From positions 228,838-292,837 of the forward strand of contig JAQGDQ010002385.1 of NCBI GenBank assembly GCA_030141605.1: a DNA stretch of 64,000 nt, written 5' to 3'. Source of the DNA: Tubiluchus corallicola. Its lineage: Eukaryota > Animalia > Priapulida. Shown here in pieces: positions 38,728-48,496 of this stretch (the stretch's first letter is position 1; every line of letters begins with the position of its first letter). The notes under the pieces are model-generated. The model searched no databases. It worked only from the letters and a program-made list of their open reading frames with translations, and had not been told where the DNA came from. Position numbers and translations under genes: made by a program.

Positions 38728-39387
38728 ATGGAAGAGCTACAAAACAACACACTCCCGGAGTATAGCAAAGAAGCCCTGCTCTATGGCAAACGCGTCTTTC
38801 AGCAAGAATGTACATTCATTACAGGTGCCGCAGATGAAAACGGTATTCCTGATACAAGATTAACTGAAATCGCCTTTGCAGGGCGTTCAAATGTTGGAAA
38901 ATCAAGCCTCCTAAATGCCCTTACGGAGCGAAAATCCCTCGCTAGAATATCCTCAAATCCCGGAAGAACGCAACAAATCAACTTCTTCCAACTTGGAGAA
39001 AGCCTCATACTTGCAGATCTCCCTGGGTACGGATACGCAAAAGCGCCCAAAAATAGCGTTAAAAAATGGACCCAACTTATTCGGGCCTATCTCCAAGGGC
39101 GTCAGCCTCTCAGGCGCGTCTGTCTTCTTATTGACGCTAGGCATGGCATTAAAAAAAATGATACTGAGATTTTTTCCCTTCTTGATCAAGCCGCCATGTC
39201 TTACCAGATCATCCTTACAAAATGCGACAAAATATCAAAGCGACAGCAGCAGAAAATCCTTTTAGAAACAGCTGAAAAACTTAAAAAACACGTCGCTGCG
39301 CACCCTCTTGTGATTCCGGCAAGTGCACATAAAAAAGAAGGGCTTGAAATCATACGCTCAACTTTAGCGCAGCTCCTGATTCACTAG
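38728..39387 (+). CDS. engB: Ribosome biogenesis GTPase YihA/EngB
   Basis: GRSNVGKSS, PGRT, DLPGYG and TKCDK motifs. Confidence 0.97.
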   Translation: MEELQNNTLPEYSKEALLYGKRVFQQECTFITGAADENGIPDTRLTEIAFAGRSNVGKSSLLNALTERKSLARISSNPGRTQQINFFQLGESLILADLPGYGYAKAPKNSVKKWTQLIRAYLQGRQPLRRVCLLIDARHGIKKNDTEIFSLLDQAAMSYQIILTKCDKISKRQQQKILLETAEKLKKHVAAHPLVIPASAHKKEGLEIIRSTLAQLLIH

Positions 39388-39528
39388 AATAAGCCTTATA
39401 AAACCTCTCTTTTTTTTCTTCTCTTAAAAGAATTTTCATTTTATCCTTGCAGTCTTTCTAAACAACTCTTATATTCCTCTTTAAGGGTAGAGTAAATAAT
39501 AACTTACAAAAAAATATAGAGAAAAACC

Positions 39529-39957
39529 ATGGGGACAAAGATAAAACCAGGATATAAACCAACCGAAAAAGAACCTTTCATGAATCCAGACATGCAGGAA
39601 TATTTTAGGAAACTCCTTATAAACTGGAAATCTTCACTGATACAAGAAACTCAAGAAACCATGCAAAGGTTAAAGCAAGAAAGCACACTTGAGGCGGATC
39701 CTGCAGATCAAGCCTCTTCAGAAATCGATCGTTCTTTTGAGCTAAAAACACGTGATAGAGCTCGGAAACTTATGGACAGAATCGATGAAGCAATAGAACG
39801 TATTGACAATAATGAATATGGATATTGTAAAGAAACAGGCGAACCTATCAGCATCCGACGATTGGAAGCAAGGCCTATCGCCGTCTATAGTCTTGAGGCA
39901 CAAGAAAGGCACGAGCGGAAAGAAAAATCCTACCGGGATATGCGTGAAAAAAACTAA
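39529..39957 (+). CDS. dksA: RNA polymerase-binding transcription factor DksA
   Basis: YKPTEKEPFMN, DPADQA tip, ELKTRDR and GYCKETGEPI..RLEARP motifs. Confidence 0.96.
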   Translation: MGTKIKPGYKPTEKEPFMNPDMQEYFRKLLINWKSSLIQETQETMQRLKQESTLEADPADQASSEIDRSFELKTRDRARKLMDRIDEAIERIDNNEYGYCKETGEPISIRRLEARPIAVYSLEAQERHERKEKSYRDMREKN

Positions 39958-40262
39958 CTATATCTTTACAAAAATAAATATATGAGTTGTGCTTAATAGT
40001 GATTAATGATATCATAAGTATTCTATAGACAAATTGTCTAAATAGTTATGGTAAATATTAGGGGATATCCTTAGCTCAATTTGTTTTTTCATATTTCTCC
40101 TTTTGAATTGCTTTATACAATTTATCATAAGAGTATGGTATCCCTTTTTTTTTTACTGAAATATACCTATATATTTCATTTATTACCTCAGTATATCTGC
40201 TTAGAGAAAAGTGGTAACGCGCAAAAAATCGCTATAAATATATGTTTCCATTACAACTATAG

Positions 40263-41267
40263 TTAGAAAACAGCTTCTGATCGAAAAGGGCGGGATAATA
40301 TCTCTGACAAGGCATTTTCTACGCTAATTGTTCCCTCTAAAATATCCGCAGTTACAAAACATATCGGCATGTCGACGTTATGAGACAATGCCAAACAGCG
40401 AAGTGCCGGAGCTGTCCAAACACCTTCTGTAACCGCATGGCGTGTAGAGAGAATTGTCGATAGATTCTCTCCTTTTCCCAAGGCAACTCCTAAAGAAAAA
40501 TTTCGCGAGCTTAAGCTACTGCAGGTTAAAACAATATCTCCAATTCCCGAAAGGCCTGATAAAGTTTCCATTTTTCCGCCCAGCGTTAAAGCCAATAGAG
40601 AAATTTCCGCAATACCACGAGTCATCAAAGCCGCCTTGGCATTTTGGCCCAGCTGCCTCCCTTCGCAAATACCGCAGGCGATTGCTAGAACATTTTTCGC
40701 CGCTCCACCAACTTCTACCCCGACAATATCATCACTGTAATAAAGGCGAAAAGCATAAGATCCTAAAAATTCCGCTAAAGATTTTGATGTCTCTAAATCT
40801 TCCATTGCCAAGCATAGTGCTGTCGGCAAGCCCACGATCACTTCCGACGCGAAAGAGGGACCCGATAAAATAGCCGGTACACAAAAAGGAAGCTTATAAG
40901 CAACAATATCCCACAATAAGCTATGTCGCTCGCGTTCTATACCCTTTGCGCAAATCACAACAATCGTACCGGGACGAAGGATGTTCTGCAAAACATCACA
41001 CGCTGCGGAAATAGATTGCGCAGGAACAACAAGAAGACAAACTGTGCATTCCGATAAATCACGAGCTCTGTTTGTAACATTTACAGAATCCTCTAGGAAA
41101 TGGCCAGGAAGAAAGCGGCGATTTTCCCGCCGTAATGATAAATTCTCAAAAACATCCCGATTCCGAACATACAGCAAAGCCTCTCTACCCGCACGAGCAA
41201 CAGTGCAAGAAAGCGCTGTTCCCCAAGCTCCTCCGCCATAAACACCAACTTTACCTCCCAATATCAT
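40263..41267 (-). CDS. gpsA: NAD(P)H-dependent glycerol-3-phosphate dehydrogenase
   Basis: GGGAWGTAL, CAKGIE, SGPSFA, GGAAKNVLAI and GDIVLTCSS..SRN motifs. Confidence 0.97.
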   Translation of the reverse strand: MILGGKVGVYGGGAWGTALSCTVARAGREALLYVRNRDVFENLSLRRENRRFLPGHFLEDSVNVTNRARDLSECTVCLLVVPAQSISAACDVLQNILRPGTIVVICAKGIERERHSLLWDIVAYKLPFCVPAILSGPSFASEVIVGLPTALCLAMEDLETSKSLAEFLGSYAFRLYYSDDIVGVEVGGAAKNVLAIACGICEGRQLGQNAKAALMTRGIAEISLLALTLGGKMETLSGLSGIGDIVLTCSSLSSRNFSLGVALGKGENLSTILSTRHAVTEGVWTAPALRCLALSHNVDMPICFVTADILEGTISVENALSEILSRPFRSEAVF

Positions 41268-41324
41268 AAATTGATTCTCCTGAAAAATAATGATGGCAAA
41301 AATATCTCTTGATAATCATAAAAG

Positions 41325-41696
41325 CTAGCCGCCAACTTGCGCGTGATCCTTGCCTAAAGCTTCTGGGAACTTCTCTGCGACATCATGGCTGGCCTTATGA
41401 TATAATTCACAAAATCGAGTTCTTAACTCCTTAATATCCTTATAAATTCCAGCTTTACGTAAATCTTTCATAGCAAGCATGAAAATTTTCTCTGGGCCAT
41501 CCACGTCTATACCTAACATTATAAGATCCCGTATATAGCAAGTCGCATCCTCTTCCGGCAAGTTCAAAAAATCGACAATCCATTGCGCGAAAAGCTTGCA
41601 TTGGCATGCCTGAATTTTAAACGCGAGCTCTTCAGACATTTTAAAATGAGCTTCTTCACTCTTTTCACGCTTATCAAAAATATATGTATCTGACAT
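41325..41696 (-). CDS. DUF1476 family, F1Fo ATP synthase inhibitor zeta-like (divergent)
   Basis: FDKREKSEEAHF..EELAFKI.A...KLFAQW aligns by eye with the zeta consensus FDDRERA.E.KF..DEEL.FKA.ARRNKLLGLW. Confidence 0.75.
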   Translation of the reverse strand: MSDTYIFDKREKSEEAHFKMSEELAFKIQACQCKLFAQWIVDFLNLPEEDATCYIRDLIMLGIDVDGPEKIFMLAMKDLRKAGIYKDIKELRTRFCELYHKASHDVAEKFPEALGKDHAQVGG

Positions 41697-41780
41697 ACTG
41701 ACACCTTATTTTCTACCAAAGAATCTTACTAGACCAGCCTTTCTCGCGATCACTATACCGTAGCTTTCGTTTCTATAAAA

Positions 41781-42026
41781 TTACATACCAAGAGCGTTTT
41801 TATACAGGTGTAGAACTTCTTCCAACTCCTCTCGATCTCCCTGCCGCATTTTCCGTAACCGAACAAGCTGGCGCATAGCCTTAACATCAAAACCTGATCC
41901 TTTGGCTTCTCCATACACCTCTCGGATATCTTCCGCGATCCCAGCTCTTTCTTCTTCTAGGCGCTCTATACGCTCTATAAAACTGCGTAGTTGATCCTTG
42001 GATACCATTCCCGTTATCTCATTCAT
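41781..42026 (-). CDS. gapR: DUF2312 / GapR nucleoid-associated protein
   Basis: DQLRSFIERIERLEEE..DIREVYGEAKGSGFDVK..LYKNALGM. Confidence 0.93.
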   Translation of the reverse strand: MNEITGMVSKDQLRSFIERIERLEEERAGIAEDIREVYGEAKGSGFDVKAMRQLVRLRKMRQGDREELEEVLHLYKNALGM

Positions 42027-42104
42027 TCCTTTAAAACTCTCTCTTGCTAAATTTATAAACTATTCTTTATAGATGAATATTATCATACACGCATTATTAT
42101 AGCA

Positions 42105-44903
42105 TTAAATCTCTTCCTTTCCAAAAAACGTACGAATTTCCGACACCGCGTCTGATATTCCTACACGTTTTATAGAGACATCAGGCGGAAAAGCGGACAA
42201 AAACCGCGAGGGTAAAGCCGAATCCAATATAACAAAAATACCCTGATCATCTTTTTTTCTGATTAAACGGCCATAGGCTTGGCGAAGACGAACTCGCACC
42301 ATAAATTCATCATAAGCACTCCTGCCGCCAAAAATCTCTCGGCGGCGCTGGTGTAAAATCGTTCTACGCGGCCAAGGAACACGATCACACACTAATAAAC
42401 GTAACGAACGCCCCGGAACATCAACCCCATCCCGCAAAGCATCCGTTCCCAAAATACAGCTATTCTCTACCATACGAAACATATCAACAAGAGTTCCCAG
42501 ATCCTGACGATTAATATGTTGAGCAAAAAGAGGTATCGAATCGCTTGCCAGCTCAGCTGCAATTAAATTATAAACCTTTACAAGACGGCGAACTGCCGTA
42601 AATAAACCAACACCTCCCCCTCCCGAAGCTGAGAATAGTGCCCTAAATGATGCCGCGACCTGCTGAACAGAGTTCTTATTAACATCTGTTATAATCAATA
42701 TACGCGTCTGCTCTCCATGTGAAAAAGGAGACGGAAGCGATACAACATCCGCCTCTTCATCAAAATGGCAAACTCCTGTATAATGGCGCGCTTGATCCCA
42801 ACTGCCGTCCTCCTCCTCGTTCGCGTAACAGTCCCGTAATGTCGCAGACGTAATAACAAAACCATGCGATTGGCGATAAACAGTATCAGAGAGTGGGAGA
42901 GACGGATCTACATAGTGGCGACAATAGCCACAATCCCGCTCCCGACCTTCACTCTTCTCAAGCGCAAACCATAAAGAAAAAGCCTCCTCTTCCTCTTCTT
43001 TTCGGCATAATAAATCCAGCATCTCTATCCAGGCTTTCAAAGGAAAAAGGCACTGACGCTCAATACCACCACATACAGCCTCTATACGTAACCGCTTATA
43101 GCTTTCAAGTTTCTCTGTCTCCGTAATCAATAATTTGTGCAAAAGAGCATGAAATTTTTTCAGCGGCTTATAAAGCGCCTGAAAATCAAAATGCAATGAT
43201 TCTGCCGCTGAGAGAATCTCTTCATCAATAGGAAATAAACGCGATTCAAGACTATAGTAGCTATCTCGAACTTGCGCTCGCGCTAAAACCTGCCGCCGAA
43301 CGCCTCTTAAAAATGCCTCATAACTGCCCAAAATACCTCCTTGGGCAATACGCGTCATCCATCCCTCTTTCGGTAAAACATGTGCTTTTTGAACAATCAG
43401 ATCCAAAAGAGAATTCAGCTCCAAATTATGCTCTATAATATCTTCCAAACGATTCCTTAATCCACGACGACGGGAACGAGTTCCTGTTTCTCTTCCTAAA
43501 AGCCAACGGCGCATATTCATACCTTCATACCCGTTTAAATGGACAGAAAAGACTGAATCCGCAACAGAAAATAAATGATGCCCCTCGTCAAAAATATAGC
43601 GAAGAGGTAAAGAAGAACCCTCCTTTCCTCCCCATAAAGCCGCTTGGATCATCACCAAAGCATGATTCGCGATCACAATATCCGCGCACGCTGCAGCACG
43701 AATAGAATGTTCAACAAAACATCGTTTATAATGAGGGCAAGACGAAAATAAACATTCCCCTCGGCGATCCGTCAGCCCTAAAGTAAAAGGGGCACCAAAC
43801 GAATAAACAAGCCAAAAAGGAAAATCACCCCCCGTCATATCGCCGTTACGCGTCTCAAAAAGCCAGCGTGCGACAAAACCTAAAACAATGCCATTATCTC
43901 CCCCTTTGGAAGAAATACCTATATGATGAGAGTTGAAAAAATTAACCAGTACATCTTCATAATTTAAAAGGCAAAAATAATTCTCACGCCCCTTGCGAAC
44001 AACAACCCGATAACGTTTCTCTTCAGAAGATCCATAAAGACGATCAAGCTCACTATCAATCTGACGCTGAAGATTACGCGTATAAGTGCTAATCCATACC
44101 GAAACATCATTTTTCTCGCTCCATACCGTCGCAGGAGCAAGATAACCAAGCGTCTTTCCTGTCCCCGTAGCGGCTTCTGCTAAAACAATCCGTGGACTTC
44201 CAGGGCTCTCCGGAGGCACAAACGCACCACACGCCGCAGATACATAATGGCGTTGCTGTTCCCGTGCTTCTGCCCCCTCTCCCAACAAAATATCCAAACG
44301 TTCCTCAGACTCAACAACGCTCACAGGAATATCCGCACAGGAAACAGAAGTCGGTTGTTCCTCCCATTCCGGTAAAAAACGCCAAACTTTCAAAACATCC
44401 TTGTCTGAATTCGAAAAATCTCTCCTTTCCACAGAAAGAGCCCTTAAAACAAACTGGCCCCATGGCCAACCATGAAACGCCATAAAGCGCGCCAGTGAAC
44501 AAATCGATTCATAGTCTTCTCGATTACGAAACTCAGAAAGAGCCCCAAATAAATGATCCACAGCCTTAAAAAGATACAGCGCCTCATCAACACCATCCTT
44601 AATAGAATCTCCTGTTAAAACATGCGCTAAACCAACTGAAAACGGAATGCAAAATTTCGTCGGGTAAATAAAAGAAAAAAGCTCCAGCACATCAAAAGAA
44701 GAAAAAGACTTCAGTCCAAGAAAATCCGCCACAAGAGGCATATGGCACACCAAAGGACGCTCTCCAGCCGTAAGGCGTTGACGGGTAGAAGAAAATGTTT
44801 CCTCTCTTACCTCTCCTTCACAACTGACCCATAAAGCCTCTTTAGGTCCCGCAACAAGAGATTGAAACGTCTCCGCAGGCGGGTAAAAATAACCCTTATC
44901 CAT
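42105..44903 (-). CDS. dinG: DinG/YoaA family ATP-dependent Fe-S helicase
   Basis: Q motif REQQ, EAATGTGKT, KGRENYFC, C..C..C Fe-S ligands, DEGH, TSAT and RQAYGRLIR motifs. Confidence 0.93.
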   Translation of the reverse strand: MDKGYFYPPAETFQSLVAGPKEALWVSCEGEVREETFSSTRQRLTAGERPLVCHMPLVADFLGLKSFSSFDVLELFSFIYPTKFCIPFSVGLAHVLTGDSIKDGVDEALYLFKAVDHLFGALSEFRNREDYESICSLARFMAFHGWPWGQFVLRALSVERRDFSNSDKDVLKVWRFLPEWEEQPTSVSCADIPVSVVESEERLDILLGEGAEAREQQRHYVSAACGAFVPPESPGSPRIVLAEAATGTGKTLGYLAPATVWSEKNDVSVWISTYTRNLQRQIDSELDRLYGSSEEKRYRVVVRKGRENYFCLLNYEDVLVNFFNSHHIGISSKGGDNGIVLGFVARWLFETRNGDMTGGDFPFWLVYSFGAPFTLGLTDRRGECLFSSCPHYKRCFVEHSIRAAACADIVIANHALVMIQAALWGGKEGSSLPLRYIFDEGHHLFSVADSVFSVHLNGYEGMNMRRWLLGRETGTRSRRRGLRNRLEDIIEHNLELNSLLDLIVQKAHVLPKEGWMTRIAQGGILGSYEAFLRGVRRQVLARAQVRDSYYSLESRLFPIDEEILSAAESLHFDFQALYKPLKKFHALLHKLLITETEKLESYKRLRIEAVCGGIERQCLFPLKAWIEMLDLLCRKEEEEEAFSLWFALEKSEGRERDCGYCRHYVDPSLPLSDTVYRQSHGFVITSATLRDCYANEEEDGSWDQARHYTGVCHFDEEADVVSLPSPFSHGEQTRILIITDVNKNSVQQVAASFRALFSASGGGGVGLFTAVRRLVKVYNLIAAELASDSIPLFAQHINRQDLGTLVDMFRMVENSCILGTDALRDGVDVPGRSLRLLVCDRVPWPRRTILHQRRREIFGGRSAYDEFMVRVRLRQAYGRLIRKKDDQGIFVILDSALPSRFLSAFPPDVSIKRVGISDAVSEIRTFFGKEEI

Positions 44904-45444
44904 TCCCTAAACTATAACTCTCCACAATTGTATATTGCGCCCCGGAGCTCTTCGTATAACTGCGTAACAAAGAAAATTGCCCAACCCTAAAATTCTTTGA
45001 CTTAAATAAATTCTCAGAGCAAATAAATGAACCCAAAACAGAAGCAGGACAAGGGCGCATACGCGCCAATGTCACATGTGGCGTATATCGGCGATTACCC
45101 TGAGAAACGCGAGCGTTCAGCAACACACGCCTAACCTTTCGCTGCAAGCGATTAAGAGGTTCACTCTTCTCTATACCCGCACAAACAGCACGAGCATATC
45201 CCTTGCGCTCTATAACACTCACACCTGAAAGACGCAAAAAAAATGATTCATGAGAAATCGATCCAAGTGCCTTGAAAATAATACTCTCCTCCTGAGGAGC
45301 GACCTCGCCAATAAAGCTTAACGTAACATGCAGATTTTCATATGGAACTTTGCGCATCCCTTTAACAGACGGTAAGCACGCCATCAATCCACCAATAGAA
45401 TCATATAAATCCGAAGGGATCATAATTCCGACAAAAAGACGCAT
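44896..45444 (-). CDS. thpR: RNA 2',3'-cyclic phosphodiesterase (2H family)
   Basis: MRLFVGI start and two HxT motifs (LHVTLSF, PHVTLAR). Confidence 0.93.
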   Translation of the reverse strand: MRLFVGIMIPSDLYDSIGGLMACLPSVKGMRKVPYENLHVTLSFIGEVAPQEESIIFKALGSISHESFFLRLSGVSVIERKGYARAVCAGIEKSEPLNRLQRKVRRVLLNARVSQGNRRYTPHVTLARMRPCPASVLGSFICSENLFKSKNFRVGQFSLLRSYTKSSGAQYTIVESYSLGNG

Positions 45445-45458
45445 TCTTCCCCCTATAG

Positions 45459-46496
45459 TCAGCGATGAGATCCTTCACGCAAAGAAGAGGAATGAACATG
45501 ACGCAACTGCTGATCCGGATTTAACAAGCGCCAGACCGCATGAACAGCATGTGTCGCCTCTGCAAAGCCTGTCAATATCAGCTTTATCTTTCCATCATAA
45601 CTCGCGATATCACCAACAGCGAATACACCCTCTAAATTCGTAGAGCCATCCCGTTGAAGAGTTGGAATCATACTCTTTTCCGTATAGATTCCCCAATTCT
45701 CTATAGACCCTAAGCTTCGCGCTAGGCCAAAAAACGATAACATATGATCCGCCTCTATAACTTCCGTATGATCCCCTCGCATTGTTCGAACAGATACGCC
45801 TGTAAGACGTCCGTTTTCTCCACAAAGACCTTTCAAAAGAACTGGCGTGACAATTCGCAGGCGATCCGTATCCTCAAATTGTTTCAAAAGCTTGACACTC
45901 GCGGGGGATGCCCTGAACTTCGGGCGACGATGAACAAGGGTAACCGATGAGGCAATATCAACTAGCGCCAACGCCCAATCAACAGCGGAATCTCCGCCAC
46001 CAGCAATCACAACACGCTGATCCTTGAAAATCTCCTGCTGCTTGACCGCGTAATGAATATACCCATTCTCCTCATAAGAACTTAATCCTTCCAGCGCAGG
46101 ACGGTTTGGCGCAAATGCGCCTGTTCCAGCCGCTATAATAACTGAGTGCGCACGAACTTTCATACCTAAAGAGGTCGTAACAAGCCAAAAGTCATCCCCA
46201 CATGGCTGCAAACTCTCCGCTGTTTGGCCCATATGAAAAACAGGCTCAAAAGGGCGCCCTTGCGCCAAAAGATTGTCGATTAACGCCGCGGCTTTAATTT
46301 TTGGGTGCCCTGGAATATCATAAATATATTTCTCTGGATATAATGCCGTTAATTGCCCACCAGGCTCTTCAAGCGCGTCAATAATATGGCAACTCATTCC
46401 CAACATTCCGCATTGAAAAGCCGTAAACAAACCAACGGGGCCTGCACCGATCACTAAAACATTGGTCTCATAAGCTTTTTCGCTCTCTGGCAGCAT
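45459..46496 (-). CDS. TrxB-type ferredoxin--NADP(+) reductase
   Basis: GAGPVG, GGQLTALYPEKYIYDIPG, GGGDSAVDWA, HRR and YDGKIKLILTGF motifs; no CxxC. ATG 46496 follows GGAG. Confidence 0.9.
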   Translation of the reverse strand: MLPESEKAYETNVLVIGAGPVGLFTAFQCGMLGMSCHIIDALEEPGGQLTALYPEKYIYDIPGHPKIKAAALIDNLLAQGRPFEPVFHMGQTAESLQPCGDDFWLVTTSLGMKVRAHSVIIAAGTGAFAPNRPALEGLSSYEENGYIHYAVKQQEIFKDQRVVIAGGGDSAVDWALALVDIASSVTLVHRRPKFRASPASVKLLKQFEDTDRLRIVTPVLLKGLCGENGRLTGVSVRTMRGDHTEVIEADHMLSFFGLARSLGSIENWGIYTEKSMIPTLQRDGSTNLEGVFAVGDIASYDGKIKLILTGFAEATHAVHAVWRLLNPDQQLRHVHSSSLREGSHR

Positions 46497-46600
46497 AGGT
46501 AACTCCAAATCATTCTAATAGACAAAACTGTTTATAATTGACAAAAATAAGTTTCAACAAGATTATCATAACTGTCAAGCAAATTATAGGAACGAAAATT

Positions 46601-47032
46601 ATGACCGAATTCCTCGCCGAAAACCAACAGGAAACAGAAGCACTCGCCATTCAGATGGCACAAAATATAGCAATAGGTGATATCATTCTTCTTCAAGGTG
46701 CTCTGGGATCAGGAAAATCGCTCTTTGCTCGCGCCTTTATTCGCGCGCTCACGCATTATAAAGACGATATACCAAGCCCAACATTTACTCTCGTGCAAAC
46801 CTACGACTCACCATTATGCACTCTCTGGCATGTTGATCTCTACCGCATAGAACAAGAAGAGGAAATATGGGAACTCGGACTCCTAGAGGCTTTCCAAAGC
46901 GCAATCTGCCTCATAGAATGGCCCGAAAAAATCATTCCCTTCCTTCCAGAAAACTATTATTCCCTCACTTTTAAAACAGGCAAAACAAAAACGCAAAGAC
47001 TCATCAACGTCGAAAAATATAATGAAGAATAA
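46601..47032 (+). CDS. tsaE: tRNA t6A biosynthesis ATPase TsaE
   Basis: LQGALGSGKS, PSPTFTLVQTY, HVDLYR and IEWP motifs. Confidence 0.95.
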   Translation: MTEFLAENQQETEALAIQMAQNIAIGDIILLQGALGSGKSLFARAFIRALTHYKDDIPSPTFTLVQTYDSPLCTLWHVDLYRIEQEEEIWELGLLEAFQSAICLIEWPEKIIPFLPENYYSLTFKTGKTKTQRLINVEKYNEE

Positions 47033-47067
47033 TATACTCTCTTTTAGGAAAGCCTATAAAAAATCAA

Positions 47068-48171
47068 TTAATAGATAGGGCGATGAAAACGATACATACA
47101 CCAACAGAATACGCCATAAACCATAATAAGAAGACCGTATAATCCCCATCCGGCAAAACGCTCCGCGCCCGCCGCAAACGATAAACCCAGCGTGACCGCG
47201 CGAAGCAAAAGACAAATCCCCCCCGTATAAATAACCGGAAGCACTAAATTCTGACGTGGCGAAAAGCGCATATTCATAAAAATAATAGCGACTAAAAACA
47301 TCCCTAAAGACGCCAATGGCGTCGATATACGACGATGGCCCTCTGAAATATATTTTTTCCATAGTTCCTGCGGAATCCTCTTATTATCCCAGGGCGAAAA
47401 TAAATCAGATAAAGGGGATTCACGACGATGAAGAAGGCGATTTTCATCCTGTGGATCATAGGCAACTTCCGGAAGTGAAATATCAAACGTATATTGATCA
47501 AACGATAAATAAGTAAACTCTCCGTTTTTATGGTTTAAAACCTGACGGCTTCCATTTAACATACTTATCCGAAGAATACCCTGATCGCCTACCGATAAAA
47601 GGCCACTCTTTGCAAAAATTGTCTCCTCTATGTCCGTAGAGCGTGTATCATAAAGCATTAAATTTTTTAAGGACTTATCAGAAGAAACCTCCTCAACATA
47701 AACCGTAACACCGTCAAATAATTCATTAAAAACACCTTCCTGTAGCGCGAGATAACTAAGGCTATAACGTGTTTCCATATTTAAATCTCGAAACGCCTTA
47801 TACGATAAAGGTGTAACCCATAACGTCAAAAAAAAGCATATGCCCGTTATGAAAAAAGATAAAAATAAAATCGGAAAACTTAACTGTAAAGGAGCTATAC
47901 CCGCGGAACGCATCACCGTAATTTCATTCTGACGCAATAGCTGAACCCAAGTAAACAAAAAAACAACGACCGCCGCAAATGACACGGTATCCGCTAAAAA
48001 TGATGGAATACTCAAAACCGTCAGCCATAAAATAACAGCAACAGGAACACCTCGATTCACAACAAGCTCTATAAAACGTAACGATTGTGACATCCAAATA
48101 ACAAGCGTAAAAACAAGTGTCAAGCCAACAATACGCCCCAAAAGCCTCCCGATAATATAACGTTGCAACAT
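47068..48171 (-). CDS. lptF: LPS export ABC permease LptF
   Basis: LQRYII..IWMSQSLRF, NEITVMRSAG, EGVFN and E.HRR motifs; 3+3 TM layout. Confidence 0.88.
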   Translation of the reverse strand: MLQRYIIGRLLGRIVGLTLVFTLVIWMSQSLRFIELVVNRGVPVAVILWLTVLSIPSFLADTVSFAAVVVFLFTWVQLLRQNEITVMRSAGIAPLQLSFPILFLSFFITGICFFLTLWVTPLSYKAFRDLNMETRYSLSYLALQEGVFNELFDGVTVYVEEVSSDKSLKNLMLYDTRSTDIEETIFAKSGLLSVGDQGILRISMLNGSRQVLNHKNGEFTYLSFDQYTFDISLPEVAYDPQDENRLLHRRESPLSDLFSPWDNKRIPQELWKKYISEGHRRISTPLASLGMFLVAIIFMNMRFSPRQNLVLPVIYTGGICLLLRAVTLGLSFAAGAERFAGWGLYGLLIMVYGVFCWCMYRFHRPIY

Positions 48172-48496
48172 AATAATCGCTTTCCAATCATGCGACAAAA
48201 ATATAAGTTTCCGTGCCACGAATTCATTAAACAAAGACTATACGGTATATGTCCCTAAAAAACAAGATAACTCCATCTGAAACCCCCTTCCAAAAATCTC
48301 TCTGTTTATGCTCATTCATTTCAAAAGTAGAGGCGTTCATTTCGTGAATAATCCTCTTAAGCTATACGTCCTAAAAAAAATTCAATCGCAAAACGTCTTA
48401 TGAAGCAGCAGTTGAAAAATAAACAGAAATATGCTAGAAGAGAATTCCATCCATTGATATCTTTCATAAAAAAATTTAAGGAGATCATATATTAAT

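Noticed and set aside
39529-39957. DksA with only one cysteine (no C4 zinc finger)
   Set aside because: Normal for alphaproteobacterial DksA; the DxxDxA tip is intact.
40029-40056. TTATGGTAAAT (40046-40056) resembles a XerD arm, suggesting a dif site
   Set aside because: No acceptable XerC arm lies 6-8 bp upstream, and the strand skew does not switch across this point.
48322-48365. AGTAGAGGCG start resembling a lysine riboswitch
   Set aside because: None of the downstream conserved elements or stems are present, and the gene context is wrong.
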